From NCBI RefSeq assembly GCF_044324785.1, contig NZ_CP172127.1: DNA of 64,000 nucleotides. One strand, given 5' to 3'. Positions 41,835 to 56,606 of this stretch are shown in pieces. Every line of letters starts with the position of its first letter. Position 1 is the stretch's first letter. A program made the translations under genes and the position numbers. The notes beneath the pieces were generated by a model. The model saw only the letters and a list, made by a program, of their open reading frames with translations. It was not told the origin of the DNA and ran no database searches. Source of the DNA: Escherichia coli (GTDB lineage: Bacteria > Pseudomonadota > Gammaproteobacteria > Enterobacterales > Enterobacteriaceae).

Positions 41835-42689
41835 TTACACCAACGCCCCGTAAATCGTCAGTAGCGCAATTACCACCACGACCACGAACGAGGTTTTCTT
41901 CGCCATGGAAACCGCTGCCTTCGGCGTCTCCACCTTATCGACATGCGGTTCACGCGCCAGAGAGAACTGTGCCAGACGCGTTAATACCTGATATTGCGAA
42001 GTATGGAAATCACCCAGCGAAGCAAACCAGGCCGGTAACGCTTTCTCACCATGACCGATCAAGGCATATACCACACCCGCAAGGCGAACCGGCACCCAAT
42101 CCAGTACATGAAGTACGGCATCAATGCCGGACTGTAAACGATGATGCGGCGTCTGGTAACGCGCCAGCCAGTATTGCCATGCACGCAAAAACGCATACCC
42201 CATCAGCGTAACGGGTCCCCAGGTTCCCCCCACAATCAGCCAGAACAACGGAGCAAGATAAAAACGAAAGTTAATCCACAGCAATGCATTTTGCAGCTCA
42301 CGCAAATACTCACGTTCATCGCAGCCTGCCGGGACGCCGTGAATCATGGTGAGTTCGCCAGCCATCGTGGCACGGGCATGGCTATCATTACGTGAAGCAG
42401 CTGTCAGATAAGCATGATAATGAAGACGAACTTTACCTGCGCCAATACACAGCAAACCAATCAGCAGCCACACCAGCAGCGTGGGAACGTTGAACAATAC
42501 TCCCTGCAATGCGCGTAACAGTAAAAAAGTCACGCCCATCGCAATAATGGTCATGCCTAACGTGCGCCCGAGAGAAAAATGTTTCACCCGCCGAAAGAAC
42601 GCTTCAAGACGATGATCAAGCTGCCAGTGCTCGCCCAACTTAAACAGGCGCTCGAAAATTAACACCAGTAAGGTTGTAAATAGCGTCAT
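41835..42689 (-). CDS. ampE: inner-membrane protein AmpE
   Basis: [32 protein letters not shown]... 284 aa; start overlaps ampD stop by 4 nt. Confidence 0.92.
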
Positions 42690-43237
42690 GTTGTCTCCTT
42701 GCTGACCAGTGCACGAAACCGTGCCCAATCAAATGCAGGACCGGGATCGGTTTTCCGATCCGGCGCAATATCACAATGGCCCGTCATGTTATTAGCGATA
42801 TCTGGATAGCGATCAATCAGTGCCCGCGTAACCGCCGCAAGCTGTTGATACTGCGCATCGGTATACGCCAGCGTATCGGTGCCTTCCAGCTCAATCCCAA
42901 TAGAAAAATCATTGCAGCGTTCGCGCCCCTGATACTGAGAGACTCCCGCATGCCAGGCACGTTTATCGAAAGGAACATACTGGACTATTTCACCATCACG
43001 GCGAATCAAACAGTGAGCGGAGACGCGCAAATGGGCGATCTCAGCAAAGAAAGGATGTGCCTGCGGATCAATAGTTCCAGTGAATAATGCGTCGATCCAC
43101 GGACCGCCAAACTCGCCTGGCGGCAGGCTAATATTGTGCACCACCAGCAAGGTGGGTGTTTCGTCATCCGGGCGGCAATCGTAATGTGGTGAGGGAACGC
43201 GGCGCGCGCCAACCAGCCACCCCTGTTCTAACAACAT
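42686..43237 (-). CDS. ampD: 1,6-anhydro-N-acetylmuramyl-L-alanine amidase
   Basis: [45 protein letters not shown]... 183 aa. Confidence 0.95.
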
Positions 43238-43264
43238 GCAGGATCTCCTTATATGTGGTGCTAA

Positions 43265-44218
<954 letters not shown>

Positions 44219-44420
44219 TTGCTGACAGATTTATCCGCTCCATCGCGGGCGGATAATCTCCCCTTTCCCAATTTTCTTCGTAACGCCTCGCAAATTTCTT
44301 GTCTTTCGCTGCAACGTAATAAAAAACTCCGGAAGCTGCTTTCCCGTTTCGTTTTTTGCCCCTCGCTTGTGCTGATGGCGTTTGCCAAAGTAGCGCCAAC
44401 CAAATCAAGGAGCGAAACAA

Positions 44421-44861
44421 ATGGACAAGCAACGCGGTTTTACACTTATCGAACTGATGGTGGTTATTGGCATCATTGCCATTTTAAGCGCCATTGGTAT
44501 TCCCGCTTATCAAAACTACCTGCGCAAAGCCGCACTCACCGACATGCTACAAACCTTTGTGCCTTACCGTACCGCCGTAGAGTTGTGCGCGCTGGAACAT
44601 GGTGGATTAGATACCTGCGACGGTGGCAGTAATGGCATCCCCTCGCCTACCACCACCCGCTATGTTTCAGCCATGAGTGTGGCAAAGGGCGTGGTGTCGC
44701 TGACCGGGCAAGAAAGTCTCAATGGGCTAAGCGTCGTCATGACGCCGGGTTGGGATAACGCAAACGGCGTCACCGGTTGGACGCGCAACTGCAATATTCA
44801 AAGTGACAGCGCATTGCAGCAAGCCTGCGAAGATGTCTTTCGCTTTGATGACGCCAACTAA
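44421..44861 (+). CDS. ppdD: type IV prepilin (prepilin peptidase-dependent protein D)
   Basis: MDKQRGFTLIELMVVIGIIAIL... class III signal (G|FTLIE) of type IV pilins, 146 aa. Confidence 0.93.
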   Translation: MDKQRGFTLIELMVVIGIIAILSAIGIPAYQNYLRKAALTDMLQTFVPYRTAVELCALEHGGLDTCDGGSNGIPSPTTTRYVSAMSVAKGVVSLTGQESLNGLSVVMTPGWDNANGVTGWTRNCNIQSDSALQQACEDVFRFDDAN

Positions 44862-44870
44862 GGAGCGGCA

Positions 44871-46256
44871 ATGAATATTCCACAGCTCACCGCCCTGTGT
44901 CTGCGTTATCAGGGAGTCTTGCTGGATGCCAGCGAAGAGGTGGTTCATGTTGCGGTAGTCGATGCACCTTCGCATGAGCTACTGGACGCATTGCATTTCG
45001 CTACCACCAAACGTATTGAGATCACCTGCTGGACGCGCCAACAGATGGAAGGTCACGCCAGTCGCACACAACAGACATTGCCCGTAGCTATTCATGAGAA
45101 GCATCAGCCCAAAGCAGAGTTGCTGACTCGAACGTTACAATCTGCGCTGGAACAACGCGCGTCTGATATTCATATCGAACCAGCGAACAATGCCTACCGC
45201 ATCCGCTTGCGTATCGACGGCGTATTGCATCCTTTACCGGATGTTTCACCGGATGCCGGAGTCGCATTAACCGCCAGATTAAAAGTGCTGGGAAACCTGG
45301 ATATTGCGGAACATCGCCTGCCGCAGGACGGGCAATTCACTGTCGAACTGGCAGGAAACGCCGTCTCATTTCGTATTGCGACCTTACCATGTCGGGGTGG
45401 TGAAAAGGTGGTATTAAGGTTGTTACAGCAGGTGAGCCAGGCACTGGATGTCAACACGCTGGGAATGCAGCCGTTACAACTGGCGGACTTTGCTCATACA
45501 TTGCAACAACCACAGGGATTGGTGCTGGTAACTGGCCCTACAGGCAGCGGCAAAACGGTCACGCTTTATAGTGCCCTGCAAACGCTGAATACCGCTGACA
45601 TTAATATTTGTAGCGTCGAAGATCCGGTTGAGATCCCCATAGCCGGACTAAACCAGACGCAAATCCATCCGCGTGCCGGACTCACCTTTCAGGGCGTTTT
45701 GCGTGCGTTATTGCGCCAGGACCCTGACGTCATCATGATCGGAGAGATCCGCGATGGCGAAACAGCAGAGATCGCTATTAAAGCCGCGCAAACCGGTCAC
45801 CTGGTGTTGTCCACGCTACACACCAACTCCACCTGCGAAACGCTGGTACGTTTACAGCAAATGGGAGTCGCCCGCTGGATGCTCTCATCAGCGCTTACGC
45901 TGGTAATAGCCCAGCGTCTGGTACGCAAACTTTGCCCACATTGTCGCCGACAGCAAGGGGAGCCAATCCATATTCCAGACAATGTATGGCCGTCGCCGCT
46001 GCCCCGCTGGCAAGCACCCGGTTGTGTACATTGCTACCACGGTTTTTATGGTCGTACGGCCTTATTTGAAGTTCTACCCATAACACCGATCATACGCCAG
46101 CTTATTTCCGCTAATACCGACGTTGAATCGCTGGAAACACACGCCCGACAGGCGGGTATGCGTACGCTTTTTGAAAACGGCTGCCTGGCCGTGGAGCAAG
46201 GCTTAACCACCTTTGAAGAGTTAATCCGCGTATTGGGGATGCCGCATGGCGAGTAA
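44871..46256 (+). CDS. hofB: type IV pilus assembly ATPase (GspE/PilB family)
   Basis: Walker A GPTGSGKT, tetracysteine CPHC...CVHC, 461 aa. Confidence 0.93.
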   Translation: MNIPQLTALCLRYQGVLLDASEEVVHVAVVDAPSHELLDALHFATTKRIEITCWTRQQMEGHASRTQQTLPVAIHEKHQPKAELLTRTLQSALEQRASDIHIEPANNAYRIRLRIDGVLHPLPDVSPDAGVALTARLKVLGNLDIAEHRLPQDGQFTVELAGNAVSFRIATLPCRGGEKVVLRLLQQVSQALDVNTLGMQPLQLADFAHTLQQPQGLVLVTGPTGSGKTVTLYSALQTLNTADINICSVEDPVEIPIAGLNQTQIHPRAGLTFQGVLRALLRQDPDVIMIGEIRDGETAEIAIKAAQTGHLVLSTLHTNSTCETLVRLQQMGVARWMLSSALTLVIAQRLVRKLCPHCRRQQGEPIHIPDNVWPSPLPRWQAPGCVHCYHGFYGRTALFEVLPITPIIRQLISANTDVESLETHARQAGMRTLFENGCLAVEQGLTTFEELIRVLGMPHGE

Positions 46257-47448
46257 GCAACTCTGGCGCTGGCATGGCATAACCGGCGACGGCAATGCGC
46301 AAGATGGGATGCTATGGGCAGAGAGCCGTGCTTTGCTGCTTATGGCACTACAGCAACAGATGGTTACCCCACTAAGCCTGAAGCGAATCGCCATCAATTC
46401 TGCGCAGTGGCGAGGAGATAAAAGCGCGGAAGTCATTCATCAACTGGCGACGCTACTCAAAGCCGGGTTAACGCTTTCTGAAGGGCTGGCACTGCTGGCG
46501 GAACAGCATCCCAGTAAGCAATGGCAAGCGTTGCTGCAATCGCTGGCGTACGATCTCGAACAGGGCATTGCTTTTTCCAATGCCTTATTACCCTGGTCAG
46601 AGGTATTTCCGCCGCTCTATCAGGCAATGATCCGCACGGGGGAATTGACTGGTAAGTTAGATGAATGTTGCTTTGAACTTGCTCGACAGCAAAAAGTCCA
46701 GCGTCAGTTAGCCGATAAAGTGAAATCAGCGTTGCGTTATCCCATCATCATTTTAGCGATGGCAATCATGGTGGTTGTGGCAATGCTGCATTTTGTGCTG
46801 CCGGAGTTTGCTGCTATTTATAAGACCTTCAACACCCCACTACCGGTACTAACGCAGGGGATCATGACGCTGGCAGACTTTAGTGGCGAATGGGGCTGGC
46901 TGCTGGTGTTGTTCGGCCTTCTGCTGGCGATAGCCAATAAGTTGCTGATGCGCCGCCCGACCTGGCTTATCGCGCGGCAGAAATGGCTGTTACGCATCCC
47001 GATTATGGGTTCACTGATGCGGGGACAAAAACTCACGCAGATCTTTACGATTCTGGCGCTGACTCAAAGTGCAGGCATTACTTTTTTACAGGGCGTTGAG
47101 AGCGTCAGAGAAACAATGCGCTGCCCGTACTGGGTGCAACTTCTGACACAAATCCAGCACGATATCAGTAACGGTCAACCCATCTGGCTGGCGCTAAAAA
47201 ATGCCGGTGAGTTTAGCCCACTCTGTTTGCAATTAGTGAGAACAGGAGAGGCATCCGGCTCGCTGGATCTCATGTTAGACAACCTCGCCCATCATCATCG
47301 GGATAACACAATGGCGCTGGCGGATAACCTCGCAGCCTTACTGGAACCGGCGTTGCTGATCATAACGGGAGGAATTATCGGTACGCTGGTGGTGGCAATG
47401 TATCTGCCAATTTTCCATTTAGGCGATGCGATGAGTGGAATGGGATAA
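46246..47448 (+). CDS. hofC: type IV pilus inner-membrane platform protein (GspF/PilC family)
   Basis: 400 aa with two GspF repeats; overlaps hofB end by 11 nt. Confidence 0.92.
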   Translation: MASKQLWRWHGITGDGNAQDGMLWAESRALLLMALQQQMVTPLSLKRIAINSAQWRGDKSAEVIHQLATLLKAGLTLSEGLALLAEQHPSKQWQALLQSLAYDLEQGIAFSNALLPWSEVFPPLYQAMIRTGELTGKLDECCFELARQQKVQRQLADKVKSALRYPIIILAMAIMVVVAMLHFVLPEFAAIYKTFNTPLPVLTQGIMTLADFSGEWGWLLVLFGLLLAIANKLLMRRPTWLIARQKWLLRIPIMGSLMRGQKLTQIFTILALTQSAGITFLQGVESVRETMRCPYWVQLLTQIQHDISNGQPIWLALKNAGEFSPLCLQLVRTGEASGSLDLMLDNLAHHHRDNTMALADNLAALLEPALLIITGGIIGTLVVAMYLPIFHLGDAMSGMG

Positions 47449-47482
47449 CGCTGGCGTGTTGCTCCACGCCAGCGTTGGGAGA

Positions 47483-48526
47483 TTACAGGTTGTTGAAGAT
47501 GCGGTTTTCTTGTTCCAGCACACGGATAAATGTGGTGCGCTTGGTCAGCTCTTTCAGGCGTGAAGCCCCAACGTATGTACAAGCTGAACGCAGGCCGCCC
47601 AAAATATCACGCGCGGTATTTTCAACCGGGCCTCGCAGCGGCAGCTTAACGGTTTTACCTTCTGCTGCGCGATATTCCGCAACGCCGCCAACGTGACGTT
47701 TCATCGCAGACTCGGAGCTCATGCCGTAGAACAGCATAAATTTCTCGCCGTTCTCCTCAACGATGCGACCGCCGCTCTCTTCGTGGCCCGCCAGCATGCC
47801 GCCAAGCATGACGAAATCGGCACCGCCGCCAAAAGCTTTCGCGACATCGCCCGGCGTGGTGCAGCCACCATCGCTGACGATCATTCCGCCCAGACCGTGC
47901 GCAGCATCGGCACATTCGATTACCGCAGAAAGTTGCGGATAACCGACGCCTGTTTTGACACGAGTTGTACAAACAGAACCTGGGCCAATGCCAACTTTAA
48001 CGATATCGGCACCGGAGAGGATAAGCTCCTCACACATTTCACCAGTCACTACGTTGCCAGCACAAATGGTTTTGGTCGGCCACGCTTCACGCGCTTTCGC
48101 AACGAACTGCACGAAGTGTTCGGAATAACCATTCGCCACATCAATACAAACGAAGTTTAATGCCGGGTTCAGGTCGAGAATCTGTTTAGTTTTTTCGAAA
48201 TCCGCATCAGACGTACCGGTAGAAACCATCACATGTTTCAGCACATCAGCGGAAGAATTGTTGATAAACGCTTGCCACTCTTCGACAGAATAGTGTTTAT
48301 GCACAGCAGTCAAAATATCAAAAGAAGCCAGCGCAGAGGCCATAGAAAATGTGCCTACGGTGTCCATATTTGCGGCGATAATCGGCACGCCGGACCAGCT
48401 CTGACCTGAATGTTTGAAGGTGAATTGACGTTCCAGTTCAACATCGGAACGGCTTTTAAGAGTGGAGCGTTTAGGGCGGATGAGAACGTCTTTAAAACCT
48501 AACTTCAGATCTTCTTCAATACGCAT
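47483..48526 (-). CDS. guaC: GMP reductase
   Basis: [35 protein letters not shown]... IMP-DH/GMPR fold, 347 aa. Confidence 0.95.
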   Translation of the reverse strand: MRIEEDLKLGFKDVLIRPKRSTLKSRSDVELERQFTFKHSGQSWSGVPIIAANMDTVGTFSMASALASFDILTAVHKHYSVEEWQAFINNSSADVLKHVMVSTGTSDADFEKTKQILDLNPALNFVCIDVANGYSEHFVQFVAKAREAWPTKTICAGNVVTGEMCEELILSGADIVKVGIGPGSVCTTRVKTGVGYPQLSAVIECADAAHGLGGMIVSDGGCTTPGDVAKAFGGGADFVMLGGMLAGHEESGGRIVEENGEKFMLFYGMSSESAMKRHVGGVAEYRAAEGKTVKLPLRGPVENTARDILGGLRSACTYVGASRLKELTKRTTFIRVLEQENRIFNNL

Positions 48527-48750
48527 GTGCGGATTCCTGGGGTTAATGGCTATAAGGGTAAGAGCGCAACTCCAGTGACGCTATCATACGCACTAATCAA
48601 TGCGGCGCAAGACTGCGAAATTGTCTTTTTTTACGCTACAATCCCATAAATTTACCTGGTAAATAGTGAGCGAACGTTTCATCAATTTCGCTTTCGTGCG
48701 CTCATTTTTAACGTTTTGATAATCATGATGAATTCCCGGGAATATAAATT

Positions 48751-49371
48751 ATGAGGTATATAGTTGCCTTAACGGGAGGCATTGGCAGTGGCAAGAGTAC
48801 CGTTGCCAATGCGTTTGCTGATCTCGGAATTAACGTCATTGATGCCGATATTATTGCGCGTCAGGTGGTTGAACCAGGTGCACCTGCGCTACATGCCATT
48901 GCTGATCACTTTGGCGCTAACATGATTGCTGCTGATGGAACATTGCAGCGCCGGGCCTTGCGCGAGCGGATCTTCGCCAACCCGGAAGAGAAAAACTGGC
49001 TTAACGCCCTGCTGCATCCGCTGATTCAGCAAGAGACGCAACACCAGATCCAGCAAGCAACTTCCCCCTATGTACTGTGGGTTGTGCCATTGCTGGTAGA
49101 AAACTCACTGTATAAAAAAGCGAATCGAGTGCTGGTGGTGGATGTCAGCCCAGAAACGCAACTTAAGCGCACCATGCAGCGCGATGATGTAACTCGCGAG
49201 CATGTCGAACAAATCCTTGCTGCTCAGGCACCGCGCGAAGCTCGCCTTGCCGTGGCAGATGACGTCATTGATAATAACGGCGCACCGGATGCTATCGCAT
49301 CGGATGTTGCCCGCCTGCACGCACACTATTTGCAGCTTGCGTCGCAGTTTGTCTCACAGGAAAAACCGTAA
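48751..49371 (+). CDS. coaE: dephospho-CoA kinase
   Basis: [26 protein letters not shown]... P-loop, 206 aa. Confidence 0.95.
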
Positions 49372-50114
49372 TGCAGACCCAGGTCCTTTTTGAACATCCA
49401 CTAAATGAAAAAATGCGTACATGGCTGCGCATTGAGTTTTTGATTCAGCAACTTACCGTTAATTTACCCATCGTTGACCACGCTGGCGCGCTGCATTTCT
49501 TCCGTAATGTCAGTGAATTACTGGATGTTTTCGAGCGTGGCGAAGTCCGCACTGAGCTGTTGAAAGAACTTGACCGGCAGCAACGTAAACTCCAGACCTG
49601 GATTGGCGTGCCTGGCGTGGACCAGAGCCGTATTGAAGCATTAATTCAGCAGTTAAAAGCGGCGGGGAGCGTATTAATTTCCGCGCCGCGTATCGGGCAA
49701 TTTCTGCGTGAAGATCGTTTGATTGCTCTGGTGCGTCAGCGACTGAGCATCCCAGGCGGCTGTTGTAGCTTTGATTTACCTACATTGCACATTTGGCTGC
49801 ATCTACCCCAGGCGCAGCGCGACAGCCAGGTAGAAACCTGGATTGCCAGCCTGAACCCGCTCACCCAGGCACTTACCATGGTGCTGGATTTAATTCGCCA
49901 GTCGGCCCCCTTCCGTAAACAAACCAGCCTGAATGGTTTTTATCAGGATAACGGTGGCGATGCCGACTTGCTGCGCCTGAATCTGTCACTCGATTCACAG
50001 CTTTATCCGCAAATTTCCGGTCATAAGAGCCGTTTTGCCATTCGTTTTATGCCGCTGGACAGTGAAAACGGACAGGTACCGGAACGTCTGGATTTCGAAC
50101 TGGCCTGTTGCTAA
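49371..50114 (+). CDS. zapD: cell division protein ZapD (YacF)
   Basis: [28 protein letters not shown]... 247 aa; start ATG overlaps coaE TAA by 1 nt. Confidence 0.93.
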
Positions 50115-50123
50115 GGAGTAAAA

Positions 50124-50321
50124 ATGTCAGAAACTATTACGGTGAATTGCCCAACCTGCGGGAAAACGGTGGTGTGGGGTGAAATCAGCCCGTTTCGGCC
50201 ATTTTGCTCCAAACGTTGTCAGCTGATCGACCTCGGAGAATGGGCTGCTGAAGAAAAACGAATCCCCAGCAGTGGCGATCTTTCCGAAAGCGATGACTGG
50301 AGCGAAGAGCCAAAGCAGTGA
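50124..50321 (+). CDS. yacG: DNA gyrase inhibitor YacG (zinc finger)
   Basis: [40 protein letters not shown]... C4 zinc ribbon, 65 aa. Confidence 0.93.
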
Positions 50322-50327
50322 CATTTT

Positions 50328-50420
50328 GTCTGATGCGACGCTGGCCTGATAAGACGCGCCAGCGTCGCATCGGGCATCTTGTGCAAATGTTGGATGCGGC
50401 ATAAACGCCTATCCGACATA
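50328..50420. repeat. REP (repetitive extragenic palindrome) cluster between yacG and mutT
   Basis: tgatgcgacgctgg...ccagcgtcgcatc palindrome and a second degenerate unit ggatgcggcataaacgcctatccga matching the REP core GCCGGATGCGGCG family. Confidence 0.8.
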
Positions 50421-50807
50421 TACACGCTTAAGCTTCGCAAGTACCGGTTCATTGGCTGGCGGAAAATCATCGGCATTCAGACCGACCAGCGCCATCCACT
50501 CACCGGGTTGCCCTTCTTTACCCCACGGCTCCCCTTCCCAGCTTTCGACCAGCCAAAACCACAGTGTTATATGCCTGTCCGGGAATTCATATTCCAGTTT
50601 TTCAAATAGCGAAAAATGTTGTGGGGTAATCCCGACCTCTTCCTGAAGTTCACGCACCACCGCCTGTTCCGGCGTTTCGCCCATTTCAATTTTACCGCCG
50701 GGAAACTCCAGTTTATTCGCCATGTGCGCATCTGCTGCGCGACGCGTTATAAAGATTTCATTGTTCTCGTTGCGAATAATACCTACCGCAATTTGCAGCT
50801 TTTTCAT
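50409..50807 (-). CDS. mutT: 8-oxo-dGTP diphosphatase (Nudix)
   Basis: MKKLQIAVGIIRNENNEIFITRRAADAHMANKLEFPGGKIEMGETPEQAVVRELQEEVG Nudix box; last codons run into the REP element. Confidence 0.92.
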   Translation of the reverse strand: MKKLQIAVGIIRNENNEIFITRRAADAHMANKLEFPGGKIEMGETPEQAVVRELQEEVGITPQHFSLFEKLEYEFPDRHITLWFWLVESWEGEPWGKEGQPGEWMALVGLNADDFPPANEPVLAKLKRVYVG

Positions 50808-50821
50808 TGTCTTAAACCTAT

Positions 50822-50850
50822 AAAAAAGGCGCAGAATCCTGCGCCTTTTA
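50822..50850 (-). terminator. Rho-independent terminator after secA
   Basis: Minus strand: stem aaaggcgcag gatt ctgcgccttt followed by ttta. Confidence 0.7.
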
Positions 50851-50866
50851 CTTCAACTGTTAGCTT

Positions 50867-53572
50867 TTATTGCAGGCGACCATGGCACTGCTTGTATTTT
50901 TTACCAGAACCGCACGGGCAAGGATCGTTACGTCCTACTTTGCGCTCACCGGTTTGCGCCGCCAGTGCAGCTGCGGCTGCAGAGTCGTCATCCTGATGGC
51001 TAAGCTGCTGCATTTGCGCTAAACGCTCGGCTTCCATACGACGCTGTTGTTCCAGCTCCTCAACCTCTTCAGGCATACGTACCTGAACTTTGCTCAGCGT
51101 GCTGATAACTTCATATTTCAACGACTCCAGCATCGCTGCAAACATGGAGAACGATTCACGTTTGTATTCCTGCTTCGGATCTTTCTGTGCATAGCCACGC
51201 AGGTGGATACCCTGACGCAGATAGTCCATCGCTGCCAGGTGCTCTTTCCACAGGGAGTCAAGCGTTTGCAGCATGACGCCTTTCTCGAAGTGACGCATCA
51301 TCTCAGCACCAACCACTTCTTCTTTACGCTGATACACTTCGATGGACTGCGCCAGAATGCGCTCACGCAGCGTCTCTTCATGCAGTTCTGGTTCTTTATC
51401 CAGCCACTCGGCAATTGGCAAATCGAGGTCGAAATCGTTCTTCAGACGTTCCTGCAGCCCCGGAATATCCCACATTTCTTCCAGCGACTGTGGCGGAATG
51501 TAGGCATCAATGGTCGCTTTGAACACATCTTCACGAATGCTGTTGATGGTTTCGCTCACATCGCTGACATCCAACAGTTCGTTACGCTGGGAGTAAATGG
51601 CGCGACGCTGATCGTTAGCCACGTCATCATATTCCAGCAGTTGCTTACGAATGTCGAAGTTACGACTTTCAACTTTACGCTGGGCGTTGGCAATCGCTTT
51701 AGTCACCCACGGGTGTTCAATGGCTTCGCCTGGCTTCATACCCAGTTTACGCATCATGCCGGATACTCGGTCGGAAGCAAAAATACGCATCAGCGCATCT
51801 TCCATCGACAGGTAGAAACGGGAAGAACCAGCATCCCCCTGACGACCAGAACGACCGCGCAACTGGTTATCGATACGACGGGATTCGTGACGCTCGGTAC
51901 CGATGATATGCAGGCCACCTGCTGCCAGTACCGCATCGTGACGTACCTGCCAGTCGGCTTTAATTTTTTCAATTTGCTCTGCGGTCGGATTTTCCAGCGC
52001 GGCAACTTCTGCCTGCCAGCTACCACCGAGCACAATATCTGTACCACGACCCGCCATGTTGGTCGCGATAGTCACCGCAGCCGGATAACCTGCCTGAGCA
52101 ACAATCGCCGCTTCGTTGGCATGGAATTTGGCGTTCAGGACATTGTGCTTAATACCGGCTTTGGTCAGTTCGTTTGACACCAGCTCCGATTTTTCGATGG
52201 AGATAGTACCCACCAGCACCGGCTGGCCTTTCGCAGTACGCTCTTTGATATCTTCAATGATCGCCTGAATTTTTTCCGCTTCAGTCATGTAGACCAGGTC
52301 CGGCAGATCTTTACGAATCATTGGACGGTTGGTCGGAACAACGACGGTATCCAGCTTGTAGATGGAGCTGAATTCGAAAGCTTCGGTATCAGCAGTACCG
52401 GTCATCCCCGCCAGTTTTTCATACAGACGGAAGTAGTTCTGGAAAGTGATCGACGCCAGCGTCTGGTTTTCGTTCTGGATCTGTACACCTTCTTTCGCTT
52501 CCACAGCCTGGTGCAGGCCATCGGACCAACGACGTCCCTGCATGGTACGACCGGTGTGTTCGTCAACGATGATAACTTCACCATCTTTAACGATGTAGTC
52601 GACGTCTCGGGTAAACAGCGCATGAGCGCGCAGCGCCGCCGTTACGTGGTGCATCAGCATGATGTTGGCCGGAGAGTACAGAGACTCCCCTTCATCCATG
52701 ATGCCTTCTTTCACCAGCAGTTCTTCAATCAGCACCAGACCACGTTCGGTCAGGTTCACCTGGCGAGATTTTTCGTCCACCGAGAAGTGGCCTTCGCCCT
52801 GGAAGGTTTCGGAGTCTTCTTTTTCCTGACGGATCAGGTGCGGAATAATTTTATTCACGCGTTTATACATTTCCGAGCTGTCTTCTGCCGGGCCGGAAAT
52901 GATCAGCGGTGTACGCGCTTCATCGATCAGGATGGAGTCCACTTCGTCCACCAGCGCATAGTGCAGTTTACGCTGTACACGTTCTTCAGGGCTGAACGCC
53001 ATGTTATCGCGCAGGTAGTCAAAGCCGTATTCGTTGTTCGTACCGTAAGTGATGTCAGCTGCGTAAGCTTCACGCTTCGCCGGTGCTGGCATGCCCGGCA
53101 GGTTGATACCGACAGTCAGGCCAAGGAATTCAAACAGCGGACGGTTGTTTTCGGCGTCACGTTGCGCCAGGTAGTCGTTGACGGTAACAACGTGTACGCC
53201 CTTACCGGTTAATGCGTTCAGGTAAGCAGGCAGCGTTGCGGTCAGGGTTTTACCTTCACCGGTACGCATTTCGGCGATGCAGCGTTCGTTAAGAACCATA
53301 CCGCCGAGTAACTGAACGTCGAAGTGACGCATACCAAAGACGCGCTTACTTGCCTCACGCACCACGGCGAAAGCTTCCGGGATCAGATTTTCCAGCACTT
53401 CGCCTTTTTCCAGACGTGCACGAAACTCTGCGGTTTTCCCTTTCAGTTCTTCGTCGGAGAGTTTTTCCATCTCCGGTTCCATGGCATTGATGATGTTGAC
53501 CACTTTGCGCATCCGGCGCAGGGTGCGATCGTTACGACTACCGAAAACTTTAGTTAATAATTTGATTAGCAT
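50867..53572 (-). CDS. secA: preprotein translocase ATPase SecA
   Basis: [43 protein letters not shown]... 901 aa, C-terminal zinc-binding [14 protein letters not shown]. Confidence 0.97.
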   Translation of the reverse strand: MLIKLLTKVFGSRNDRTLRRMRKVVNIINAMEPEMEKLSDEELKGKTAEFRARLEKGEVLENLIPEAFAVVREASKRVFGMRHFDVQLLGGMVLNERCIAEMRTGEGKTLTATLPAYLNALTGKGVHVVTVNDYLAQRDAENNRPLFEFLGLTVGINLPGMPAPAKREAYAADITYGTNNEYGFDYLRDNMAFSPEERVQRKLHYALVDEVDSILIDEARTPLIISGPAEDSSEMYKRVNKIIPHLIRQEKEDSETFQGEGHFSVDEKSRQVNLTERGLVLIEELLVKEGIMDEGESLYSPANIMLMHHVTAALRAHALFTRDVDYIVKDGEVIIVDEHTGRTMQGRRWSDGLHQAVEAKEGVQIQNENQTLASITFQNYFRLYEKLAGMTGTADTEAFEFSSIYKLDTVVVPTNRPMIRKDLPDLVYMTEAEKIQAIIEDIKERTAKGQPVLVGTISIEKSELVSNELTKAGIKHNVLNAKFHANEAAIVAQAGYPAAVTIATNMAGRGTDIVLGGSWQAEVAALENPTAEQIEKIKADWQVRHDAVLAAGGLHIIGTERHESRRIDNQLRGRSGRQGDAGSSRFYLSMEDALMRIFASDRVSGMMRKLGMKPGEAIEHPWVTKAIANAQRKVESRNFDIRKQLLEYDDVANDQRRAIYSQRNELLDVSDVSETINSIREDVFKATIDAYIPPQSLEEMWDIPGLQERLKNDFDLDLPIAEWLDKEPELHEETLRERILAQSIEVYQRKEEVVGAEMMRHFEKGVMLQTLDSLWKEHLAAMDYLRQGIHLRGYAQKDPKQEYKRESFSMFAAMLESLKYEVISTLSKVQVRMPEEVEELEQQRRMEAERLAQMQQLSHQDDDSAAAAALAAQTGERKVGRNDPCPCGSGKKYKQCHGRLQ

Positions 53573-53633
53573 AATAAAATCTCAAACGCCCCGCGTTGCG
53601 GAGTCAATAAAATGAAGTAAAGGTTTATTGTTG

Positions 53634-54350
<717 letters not shown>

Positions 54351-54376
54351 AATTTTATACGACAGTATAAATGTCG

Positions 54377-55315
<939 letters not shown>

Positions 55316-55394
55316 CTATCCAACCGAAGTGTACTATACATTCGGCGGGCCAGTTTAGCACAAAGAGCCTCGAAACCCAAATTCCAGTCAATTC

Positions 55395-56546
55395 TTAATC
55401 AGCTTGCTTACGCAGGAATGCTGGGATATCCAGATAATCCGGCTCTTTCGCAGTTTGCGGTGCATTGTCATTCACGACTTTAGCAACCGGCTTCTGCTCC
55501 TGGGTCAGCGGAGCCATCCCGTGCTGCTGGTAGCGATCCATCACTGGCTGCTGAACCTGCTTATTGGTCACCAGAGTGATTTCAGGACGTTTGTCCATGC
55601 CGATACCTGTCGCAACAACAGTTACGCGCAGCTCGTCATTCATATCCGGGTCAAGAGAAGTACCGATAACCACAGTCGCGTTGTCGGAAGCAAATGCACG
55701 GATGGTGTTACCTACCGTTTCGAACTCATCCAGACGCAGGTCGAAGCCCGCCGTGATGTTAACCAGCACGCCGCGTGCGCCAGACAGGTCGATATCTTCC
55801 AGCAGCGGAGAAGAGATAGCCATTTCAGCAGCTTCTTCCGCACGGTCTTCACCACTCGCCACGCCAGAACCCATCATTGCGTAGCCCATTTCAGACATTA
55901 CGGTGCGTACGTCTGCAAAGTCCACGTTCATCAAACCCGGACGAGTAATCAGTTCAGCGATACCTTGCACAGCGCCTTTCAGTACATCGTTCGCTGCGCC
56001 AAACGCATCCAGCAGGGAGATACCGCGGCCCAGAACTTTCAGCAGTTTGTCGTTCGGGATAGTGATCAGAGAGTCCACATGTTTGGACAGTTCAGTGATC
56101 CCCTGCTCCGCGAATGCCATACGCTTCTTGCCTTCAAAGTTGAAAGGCTTAGTGACGACAGCAACGGTCAGGATACCCAAATCTTTTGCCACTTCAGCGA
56201 CGACTGGTGCTGCACCTGTACCGGTACCACCACCCATACCCGCTGCGATAAAGACCATGTCTGCACCTTCCAGCGCCGCACGCAGTGCATCGCGATCCTC
56301 ATCAGCCGCATTACGGCCAACTTCTGGATTAGCGCCAGCGCCCAGTCCTTTGGTGATACCGCTACCGATTTGAATCGTCTGTCCAACCGCTGTTTTACGC
56401 AGCGCTTGTGCATCGGTATTTACCGCGAAGAATTCAACACCTTCAATGCGCTCGCGCACCATGTGTTCAACAGCATTACCGCCGCCGCCGCCGACGCCGA
56501 TGACTTTAATCACCGCGTCATTGGTAAGTTCCATTGGTTCAAACAT
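55395..56546 (-). CDS. ftsZ: cell division GTPase FtsZ
   Basis: [30 protein letters not shown]... tubulin signature [10 protein letters not shown], 383 aa. Confidence 0.98.
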
Positions 56547-56606
56547 AGTTTCTCTCCGATTTGTGCCTGTCGCCTGAGGCCGTAATCATCGTCGGCCTCA
56601 TAAAAA

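Noticed and set aside
51047-52177. 376-aa antisense ORF in secA, and the 393-aa antisense ORF in ftsZ (55404..56585)
   Set aside because: Opposite strand of essential, well-recognised genes; no support.
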